A stretch of DNA of 59,421 nt, the filler included, from Jimgerdemannia flammicorona (lineage: Eukaryota), in assembly GCA_003990765.1 (NCBI GenBank). It is 3 parts of 3 records of this genome, joined end to end, with 100 filler letters (N's around TTAATTAATTAA, not from the genome) between each part and the next. Parts side by side here need not be neighbours in the genome. Positions count along the whole stretch, not along the records: positions 39,684 to 59,421 come from RBNJ01001863.1; 2 more parts are not named here. One strand, 5' to 3'. Shown piece by piece: positions 49,901 through 59,421 of this stretch. Numbering within the stretch: position 1 is the first letter of the stretch; every line of letters starts with the position of its first letter. The position numbers were made by a program, and so were the translations under genes. The notes beneath the pieces are model-generated. The model was not told where the DNA came from. It saw only the letters and a program-made list of their open reading frames with translations, and made no database searches.

Positions 49901-52900
49901 CTGGGCAATATCTTTGCTGAGTTCAGACTATCTTTGGGCTGAAGCTCAACTGGTAAGATATCTCTAGGCTCTGATATTGAGGTATAGCCATCTGGCTCCA
50001 GTAGAGGAATCTCAGAGATAGTTGATTTCTCATTTTCCTATAGGGTTTAGGGCTTCTATGAAGTTGGTGGCATCTTCTACCCATCCTCAGTAAGTTGTAT
50101 GTCTGATGAGGGCTAGGATATCTTCTCCTAAATTATAGATCTTGAGGGTCTTCTTCCTGGTTTCTTAGTCTGACTTTTTCAGTCCTGAGTTCTATTATCT
50201 CCTCTCTTTAGAGTGTAGACTATAAGAGGAGAATCTTCTGGTGGCTGCAGTCTCAGCAGTCTGAGTGTCTTCTATGATTGCAATATCCTATTGTTTGAAA
50301 ATACATTTCCTGGTTATTGATTTTATGTTATCTTGGGAATTAGTATCCATCTTGGTCCTAGGTTGAGAAAAGGGTAGCCAAGGGATATACTTCTATTATG
50401 GTAAAGAGATCTTGTCCTCTGGTTTAGCTTTGTAATTTGGTAGTAACTTTCTGGAAGATAGTTAACTATACAATTATAGTTAGAAGTTCTGGTCTTTGGG
50501 GTTTCTGTCTTTCTTGTTGATCCAGTAGATAGCACTGATAGAAGTAGTCTTAGAGAGAGTAGAAGATCATTTGATATAGACATCTTTCTAGCTAAAAGGC
50601 TCTCTTCTAATATATTTCTAGTTTTGGAATAATGATAACTATACTTGGTCCTTCTTCAATATTCCAGGTATCATTGTTTTCTAATAGGATCCAGTGAGGG
50701 TCATCCTAGGAAATTAGTTTGGAGACCTCATCTTCTTTGGGTACTTCTTGTTCAGAAACCTCCTGTTCAGAGGTTTCTTCTTCCTCAGATGATTCTAGAT
50801 CTCAGATATTTCTTTTTCTTTCTGCTTCACTTAGGATAGAATGTGTCAGGCGAATTCCTTATACCAATGATGTTTGAGGAGTGCTCAGGGCACTTATGTC
50901 TTTTGAGACAGGTAGGGCATCCTTTGATCTATCCTGCAATGACTCCAATTGTAATAGAGATAGTATTCCTAGCCAATATATTGTCTTCTGGTCTGTCATC
51001 TACTAGGCTGATTCAGAGATTGGACCTGAGATCATTCCTATCTTCAGATTCTGATACCTTATTTATGGTAGACTCTTCACTACTAGCATGTTCTTTCTAG
51101 ATAGTAATCTGCTTCTTTTTCATTGATTACTTATAGCTAGTCATCTTAACTCTGTACTTCTTGCCTCTGTAGTGTAATTTGAGTACTTTTTGACTGATAT
51201 TAACAACTGTATTCATTTCCTTCATCCAGTTGGTATCAGGAATTATATCATAGATGACAGCTTTAGTGACAATAACTTTTGAGATAGAAAACTGAATATT
51301 TCTCAGGAAGATAGAAATGTTTTATACTTCTCCAAGGGGTTGGGTTTAGGCTCCATCTGCTACTATGATGCTGAGGTTGGATGGTCTATCAATGGGCTAT
51401 AATAGGGTGTCCAGAAATTATTTAGCAATGATACAGATAGTTGCTCCTATATTATTGAGGGTTTTTATGTTTTGTCTATCAATATCTCTATATAGATAGG
51501 TACTGATATATCTTTCTGTAACTTGAATAGAGATGGGAGCTAATTCTTACTGTAGGATTGGGACTTGGCCAGCACTAGACCTAGTAGCTCTCAGCAGTTT
51601 ATTTTGGACTCCAGCTGGTATCAGTTGCAAGAATTGCAGGAGAGAGACTTCTATCTTGGCTTCTTGAATCTTTTACCAGGCTTCATTGTAGATATCTCTA
51701 GGTATAGTCTTTGGGGTATATTTCTTCTTAGGCTTTGGAGTGGCAGATTCTCATTCTTCTTGCTATTTCTTCATTCTCTGGAGGTAATTCATTTATTTTA
51801 GGAACAAAAGGTAAGGGAGATCAGAGAGGTATTTCTACTTACTTCTCTTCATATTCTTCATCTTCTTCTTGAAGTCTTCTGCTGGTATTCCTGGATGGTC
51901 TTTCTATAGATCCTGCCTTTTCTCTATAGGATAGACTGTCTTTCTGTTAATGATCTTGGCTAGATATAAGCACAAGTCACTGTAGTCTTTATTGTTACTT
52001 TCTTCTTCAACTTCTTCAACAGGATGGGCTTCAGTCTTTTTGTACTGAGTTTTGTTCTTTCAATTTGATCATTCTGAGTCTTTTCAGTCACTTCTTTTGT
52101 TGTTACATTCAGTGATATAGTGTCCAAATTGTCCACAGTAGAAGCACTGGACTTAGGCTCTGTCTCAGACAGAGTATCTTCTTTCTTCTTGCTGGTAACT
52201 CCTATTATCTCTAAATAGATAACCTTGGTTCCTTTGTAGTATATACCCTCTGTTGTCTTGTGGGTAGCTTTGGATTTTGCATATAGTGAGTTTTTTTTGA
52301 TTTATCCAACCAATCAATCCAACTTGGAACTGAGGTCTTAAATTTTGTTCCTATTCTTCTATTCTTTTGCTGGTTTTCTTTTTTTGGAACTTTCCTATCC
52401 TTGGAGAAGTCCTTATAGAGCCTTGACTAAGATATCCTCCTTGTCATCCGTTTTGTCATAGTCACTTCAGGTGGTTTCTTATCTGATATCAAAAAAACCT
52501 CAAGCTATATCTACTTGTTCTTCAGATCTTCTAATGCCTAGAGTATTGATATACTGAGCAATATTTGGGAGTATCTCATTCATAAAGGTCATTAGACCTA
52601 TAATGTCTTAGTTGGTAACATTGAATCTAATAGTATGCATTGTCTTTGGAATTCTTATAAAGAATGCTCTGAGTGATTCTCTAAGATTTATCTTCATTTC
52701 CATAATGGATTCTTGAGCCTTATAGTGGGTCTCATTTTCTGATTACTTCTTAATAAGCCAGTGGGTCATAAATTCATACTCTGCTAGCCAGATTGATACT
52801 ACATTGATGGCTGCTCCAAAGTCTGAGTTTATATTATTCTTTATTGAGATGAAAATTCCTTTGACTGGCTCTCTGAGTTGGGCTTTGTAGATGATAACTT

Positions 52901-53623
52901 TTCTTTCAAGAGAGAGGTTTAGGAGGGCTGCAATTCCTTTAATTCCATTAAAGAATTCTCTTGAGTCTTCTTCTGGATATCCTGTAAAGATTGATAATGA
53001 AGTGACCATTTCATTATTACTGTCTTCTTATTCTAGTTCTGGTTTCAGTACTGATACTGCCTCTGATTCTGATTCTGATTTACTTTCTGAATTATTACTA
53101 AAGTTTGGGGTACTTGGGTATCCTGAAAATGAGGTTATAGATCTTAGACAAGATGCAATAGATCTGGGTATTCATGAAGTAGCTATTTCTTAGTCTTCTT
53201 GTCCTGTGATAACTGGTGAAAGAGATTCAATAAGCAAAGTTAGTGGGTCTCCTATAGGAAGTCAGGCTTGTGTAATGAGATCTTCTAGTTCTTTGTATAA
53301 TCTAGTTGATCTAGAGAAAGTCTGTTAGTATTGACTGTGGATTTTGTGCTGTGCTGGCTTTCTGTTGACATCCTTCCAATACTGGATAGTTGGTATGTCT
53401 TGAAGTAATGACTTCTCTTCCAGTTCCAATACTGGTAATAACTACTTCTCTAGTAGTGGCAGAGATTGGTATTGTATCAAATATATCCAGTTTGACTGTA
53501 GGTTCTTATGAGCTGAAAGGTTACATAGATTTTGAAATCTTCACCTTTCACCAGTAACATTCAGGTGACACAAGACTCAGACAATACTTTCAACAATGTT
53601 TTTGGTGAATGGCGACTAGCAAC

Positions 53624-55662
53624 ATGGAGAGCAATGAACATACAGGTATGCATACTAGATTGGGTGGACCTAGGGCCTTCAACTGGCAGCAGGTGGGGAG
53701 GGGTTATGTCCTGGGGATGGGGGCCTTCAGAGGGCTGAAGAATGGTGAGGGCTCTGGAGGGGGACCAGTGTCCAGTGGCAATAGGGGAAGGTCTAGTCTC
53801 TCGAGTTTCGCCAACAAAGTTAAGGTGAGTGGGTGGCCAGCTGGTACTAGGGCTGGTGCTGCTGAGGGGAAGGGCAAGGCGAGCCTTGGGAGGGGGAGAG
53901 GTGCTCCAGCTGTGAGTGCAGGCATAGGGGCTGGAGGTGCTGTGGCTGGGGGGATGACTGTTGATAGGGGTGTAATGGGGAATCAGGAAAAAAAAAGAGA
54001 TGTGATGGCTGATGGCCAGGTGGGGCAGGGGTTCCCAATGTGGAAGGGGGACCTGGCGGATTGTATAATGGGGCTGGTGGTGGCTCCATTGCTCAAGAAG
54101 TCAATCTCGGAGTTTGTGGTGACCTTGTGCTTCTGGGGCTTAGTGGTGATGGTGAGGATGGTTCTAGGGCTTGTTTCGAAGTAGGTGGCTGGGGTGGCCT
54201 CAGTGAAGTTCTTGAAGGGTCTGGAGGGGGTTGAGGTGGGCTTTGAGGAGGCAGGCCCACTGGATGAGGCACTGAAGACTGGAGTCGTGATTGGGGAGGT
54301 GGTGGTCCCCATGGTATGGTGCTTGCAATGGGACCCTAGGGTGGTGCAGCTTCTAGTGAAGGGGGTGCCTATGGTGACTAAGGAGGAGACTAGGAAGAGG
54401 GTAGAGGAGGTGATGATTGAGTATGGTGATGTGGTGGACATTGGCTTTCAGGTGTGGGAGGGGACAATGATCAGGATGGGTGATATTGATGTCAGGGTTA
54501 GGCTGGCAGGCAAGGAGGCCATGGGGAAGGCAAGTGACTGGCCCTCTGTGCTGATGTGGGGGGTGTTCATCTGCAAGGTGTTGAGGGTGAAAGGGAGTGA
54601 GGAGGAGGAGGAGGAGGAGGAGGACTTGTTGGAGGTGCTGAAGGAGATGAGTGGAGCTGTGGAGAGGAGGGCAAAGGCCTGGAAGAGGTATGAGGAGTCG
54701 ATACATCTGGAGGTTGTGGAGGAGAGGCATATCCACATGGACAAGGGGCAGTGGGAGTGGGCACAAGGGCGCAGGAGGCAGAGGGAGCTGCTGGCGAGTA
54801 TGACAGTCAAGGTGGAGAAGAAGGCTGTTGGGGCCATAGTGTCTGGGGGTATCGAAGCCAGTGTCTGGGCTGGTAAAAGGGTAGGGGAGGTAGAGGTGGG
54901 CAAGGAAGGAGATGGGAAGGTGCTGAGCAAGAACCCTTTTACAGATGGCACCTTTGAGGTCTGAGAGCTGGAATTGGACTCCACCCCCCCCCCCCTCTGA
55001 TCAGGAGGGGCCCAGCTGCGAAGAGATGGAAGACAGAGAATGTGCTGATGCAGGGGGCCCAGCGAGTGCATTTTGGGGTCCCTGACGTGGCAAAAGGGGG
55101 CCTGGTGGTGGCAGCTGGTGAGGATGAGCTGGTGGATGTCTCTGAGGAGGAGTGGGATGAGGCTGCCAGTGTGGGTGCTGACACCACAATGTTGGATGCA
55201 GGACAGCCAGGGACCCCGGGGGGGAAGTAGGTAGGAAACCTGCTGTGGATGAGCAAGGTGATGGATAACCTTATAGCTGATACACTGGTAGAGGTGGACC
55301 TGCAGGTTATGCCTGAGGAGCACTGGGAGCGGATTCTGCATGGTGAGGGAGTGGTGGAGGCATTGAAGGGGGAGATTCTTGTGATCCTCTTAAAGGAGGA
55401 GGGTTATGAGGTCGATGAGGTGAGGAAGGCAGAGCTGGTGGTGGCTGCAGGTGAGCAGGCAATATATTGCTGGGCTGAGCAGCATGGTTTGCAGCTCTGG
55501 AGAGAGACCTGTTTGGAGTATCAAGAGGAATTTGAGGAGAGGGAAGATGAGGTGATGGTAGAACTTCTGGGAGGGTTGGAGGCACAGGAGGCTGGGGAAA
55601 AGGAACTAGCTGCTGAATGGGAATTGGACTTGGTGCAGAAGGAGCTGAATGTGGACTTGTAG
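53624..55662 (+). pseudogene. LINE-C ORF1 (in-frame stops)
   Basis: Pieces 53609-54184, 54185-54964, 55042-55230 and 55249-55662. Confidence 0.85.
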
Positions 55663-55692
55663 AGAATGGGATCACTTTTAACATTATTCCTT

Positions 55693-58600
55693 ATGAACAG
55701 TACAACTAACATTTTCTCTTTGAAAGTGAATGGGTTGAGGGGTTCTGGACAGTGTAAGAACATTTTTACTTGGCTCAAGAGTTTGGAGGCTGATCTCTTT
55801 TTACTACAGGATGTTCGGTGTGAGGATGAGGATGATTGGGTGATGTGGACTAAGGAATGGGGTGGGGCTACTGCTTGGTTTCAAAAAGTGGTGATTCTGG
55901 TGAGGAAGGGTAGAGGTGACTTGGAGGGAATCAGGAGCTGGGGTGACTACTTGGTCTGGGGAGATTGGCAGCAGCCAGGGTGGGAGTTGGTGAGGGTTGG
56001 CTCTTGCTACTGCCCTGTGGTTAGGGGTGAGAGGATTGCTTGGATTGAGGAGCTGCTGGAGGAGGGTATTCTCTTGGAGGAAGGGGCCGATGTGATTGGG
56101 GGGGACTTTAATATGGTTCAGGATCAGTGTCTGGATCACACTGATGGTGGGAGGAGTGCTGGAGGGAGGAGTGGTGGCCTGGATGCATGGGAGGAGGTGG
56201 AGAGGCTGAGCTCCTTAGGGGATATGGGCAGAACATGATGGGGCAACTCCAGGGTGTACACACATTGGGTGAATGGCTTGGGTACAAGAATTGACTGGAT
56301 TTTGATGGCGGAATGCTGGGGAGCAGATATCTGGAGGGTATTGGAGGTGGAATGGTGCCCATGGTCTGATCACTGGGGACTGTTGGGACAGGGGCAGTTT
56401 GGGGGGAGTGGAGATGGACCTGGACATTGGTGCCTCAACACCTCCCTGCTGGCTGAGAAGGAGTTGTGGGATTCATAGGTAGAGGACATTCAGGCAAAAG
56501 TTTCTTGCTGGAGGTGTGAGGGTTTGTCAGTGGGCATCCAGTGGATGAGATTGAAAGAGGCTGTGAGGGTCTATTGGGGCGAGGCTGGGAGAGAAGCTGG
56601 GAGACAGAGGAGGAAGCATACAAGATGCACTTTTGGCAGGCTGAGGAGATTGCAAATGGATTGGGCAAGGTTGCTTACTTCTAATGGGGTAGAGGATTGG
56701 AGGTTAGTATGGATTAAATTGGAGATATTGGAACTACAACAGGTGCTGAGAGAAGAGAAGGAGGTGCATATGTGCAGTATGGCTGCTAGGCTCTGATGGC
56801 AGGGGCTTGAGGAGGGTGAGTGGCCTACTAGATATTTATCCCATCTGCTCAAAGCTAGGAGGGTGAGGCATCAGTGGGATGGAGACCTCGATGCCGATGG
56901 AGATATGGTACATGGCATGCAACAGATCCTAGGGGTTTTGAAAGAGAGATGGCAGAGTTTGTGGAGTGAGGATGAAGGGGGTACTGATGAGGTGGCTATT
57001 GATGATGCATTAGGGGAATGGAGGCCGCCACAAGTGGCTGGACTGGATGACTTGGCCTTACCGGTGTGAGGTGAGGAGGTCCAGAGTGTCCTTATAGCAA
57101 CTAAAACTGGAACAGCACCAGGAGAGGAAGGACTACCATGGGACTTCTGGAAGAAGTGGTCAAGGTCTCCGGCATTCTGGGGGAGATGACTGCTCTCTGT
57201 AATCATATTCTTCAGCATGGTGAGTGGATTGGAGAGCAGGATCTTGGGCTGGTTGCTTTATTGTACAAAGACAAGGGGGGGAGAGAAGACTGGAAGAACT
57301 GGCGACCGATCATGCTTTTGGACATGGACAGGAAGATGGTAACTAAGGTGGTTGTTGCAAGGCTGCAGAAGGTTGCCCAACAGGTGTTGGGGGAGGAGAG
57401 CAGGGCTTTGTTGGAGGTAGGCTCATAAGAGATGGGACTGCTTGGGTGCATGGTATCATTGAAGGGGCCTGGGCTTGCAGCCTGGATGGAAGGTTGGTCT
57501 TTTTGGACCAGGATAAGGCCTATGACCGGGTCCAGCGGGTTTGGTTGGGAAAGGTGTTGGATTGTATTGGTGTTTCCCCTGGATTTCAGGCTTCAATGGT
57601 GAATCTGCTTGAGGGCAGTTGGGCGGTGCTGATGTGTAATAGTCACTGGGGTCAGGTGTTTACCTTGCGAAGAGGGGTTCCTCAGGGGGACTCCTTGTCC
57701 CCTATTCTTTATGCTCTCTCATTGGAACCACTTATGGATAGAATTCGCCAGAAGGTGGTGGGGCTCTCTATCTATGGCATAGTGTGGAAGGTGGGGGCCT
57801 TTGCAGATGACATGGTGATTGGCCTTGGGTCTGTGGCAGATGTCAAGGCACTTAAGGAGATGGTGGAATGGTATGAGGTACACTCTGGGGCAAAGCTCAA
57901 CTGGCACAAGTGTGAGACCATGGTGCTAGGAAATGGACTGATGGGTGGGGACATCATTGGAACAATTGTCCCTATGGGTGAGGTGGTATGGTATCTGGGC
58001 ATCTTCCTCTCTGTATATGGTTCTGTCTTGCCATGAGTGTAGTGGGAGAGCAAGGTGACTACTTGGAGGGAGGCCCTTCGAGGTTGGGGAGGATGCCATA
58101 TTTCTCTAGCAGGGCAGGTTTCAATTCTGAATGCATACTGGTTCCTCAAGCTGTGGTATGTAGCATACAACCTCGACTTCCTGGCTTGAGTGGTGAAGAG
58201 GCTGACGAAGATGGCTAGGGATTGGATTTGGGCAGGGAGGAGGTCCCAGATCAGTTGGGATACTCTTGCAACACCAGTGAATGGGGGAGGTCTTGGCCTT
58301 GTAGATTTCCCTAGGAGGTTGCACTGCTTGCGAGCCTGGTGGTTGATGAGAGTGGCTGAACTACAGGGAGGGGGTTGGGTGCCTCTGATGTAGAAGATGT
58401 AGAAGATGAGAACCTCCCCCTGAGGGTCCTCAGGAGATCTACTCTCTTTGGTAGGGCTCAATGGAATTCGACGGCTGCGATTTAGGGGCTTTTGGTAGGG
58501 AGTGGTAGATAGAGCACACAGAATTGGTCTGCACTGGTGGGGCAATGAGGGGGAGGTGTTGTGGGGTCCTCATATGTGGAGATGGGATAGCCTGCTTCTG

Positions 58601-59381
58601 GGGGGTACTCCACTTATTGCTTTTGATATTGGGAATGGAGTGGAGTGTCAGCAGGGTCTTGGCCAGGACCTTTGGCCAGGCAGCTGGCAGGCAGTTGGGA
58701 TCGGCGAGGAGTGAGACTGGGCAGGTATTTGGTCTTGGAGTGCTGAGGTGTGGTGGTGGCTTCCTCCCAAGTTCTGGGTGGTGTGGTGGCACCTGTTGCA
58801 GAGGAACATCATGCTGAATTTCCACACTGGGCATCCGGTGGAGGGTAGTTGTTTCGACTGTAAGGAGTGTTACAACGTTGGGCAAGCTGGGGGTTTGGTG
58901 CAGACACCAGAACATTGGCTGGGAGAGTGTGAGGTTTTGGGGGATTTTTGGGTTGAAATAGGGAATAGGCTGAGTATAGAGCACAGGACAGCAGGTGATG
59001 GAGATTTCTGGGGGGTCTTGAGATCTCAGCTAGTGGGGGGGGTGGGGGATTGTTGGCTGACTATTGGGTGGGTGTTGGCAGTTTGGATGGGTCTAGCAGA
59101 ACAATGGCTTTTTGTGTTTGAGGAGGGGTGGCAGATGAGCCTGTAGGAGAAGGTTGTAAGGTGGAAGGAGCTATTGGGGGATCTGTTGACTGGATGGTGG
59201 GTAGGTTGGGGTCCTTCCAGGGGGTGGTGGCAGGGTTTGGTGGTAAGGATATGTAAACAGAGTGGTGGGAGGGTGGGAGTTGTAATTAATAGAGTAGTGT
59301 TTCATCGAGTAGAGGTAGGGGGGAGGGGCCCCCCTAGGGGGATTGGATAGGGGGTGGGCTCACTGTATTTATATAGGATAG
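55693..59381 (+). pseudogene. LINE-C ORF2 (APE endonuclease, RT, CxxC...HxxxxC), decayed
   Basis: Pieces 55666-56238, 56254-56478, 57138-57428, 57446-58036, 58190-58393 and 58748-59146. The last frame continues to TAG at 59379-59381. Confidence 0.9.
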
Positions 59382-59421
59382 ATGGGTGTAATAAAGGATG
59401 AGTCCAAGTGACTATAAAAAA

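Larger units (their letters stand above)
44829..53542 (-). mobile_element. Gypsy-4 (family III): gag, PR, Cys/His spacer, dUTPase, RT, RH, IN, extra ORF and 3' LTR; 5' part displaced by LINE-C
   Basis: Intact knuckle CFYCGQFGHYITEC (52105-52146), decayed PR LNNIGAT (~51440-51460), dUTPase GYDLYS / SRSGL / GTID.EY / EGFGSSG, RT VYIDDINIYS (48346-48555), and RH and IN down to ~46680. Confidence 0.88.
53543..59421 (+). mobile_element. LINE-C: full-length (~5.9 kb) L1/Tx1-like LINE ending in poly(A) at the contig end
   Basis: 5' UTR, ORF1, ORF2 with APE/RT/Cys-His motifs, AATAAA at 59390-59395 and terminal AGTCCAAGTGACTATAAAAAA. Confidence 0.94.

Overview
Eukaryotic, almost certainly fungal, DNA. 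The element families and an intron-containing BTB-SPRY gene suggest an early-diverging fungus such as Mucoromycota; this is inference and was not searched. The window is three separate contigs (1-19742, 19843-39583, 39684-59421; 19742, 19741 and 19738 bp) joined by artificial 100-bp N44-TTAATTAATTAA-N44 linkers. Most of it is nested, C-to-T-decayed retrotransposons. There are four copies of a G-rich L1/Tx1-like LINE (APE + RT): two essentially full length, one cut by the contig edge and one 5'-truncated with poly(A) and a TSD. There are also four dUTPase-carrying Ty3/Gypsy elements, a solo LTR, two Ty1/Copia relics and a DIRS/Ngaro-like relic. The only host genes form a CpG-rich tandem array of three BTB/POZ-SPRY-like genes (one intact, two pseudogenes). 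Main observations: (1) one Gypsy family carries a ~267-codon unknown ORF wholly inside a ~1.5-kb LTR, upstream of the TATA box. An apparent remote homologue lies between integrase and PPT in a different Gypsy family, suggesting an undescribed accessory-gene family. (2) Every LINE copy sits inside a dUTPase-Gypsy. (3) LINE subfamilies appear to have swapped 5' UTRs. (4) The TEs are hypermutated while adjacent tandem gene duplicates keep their CpGs.
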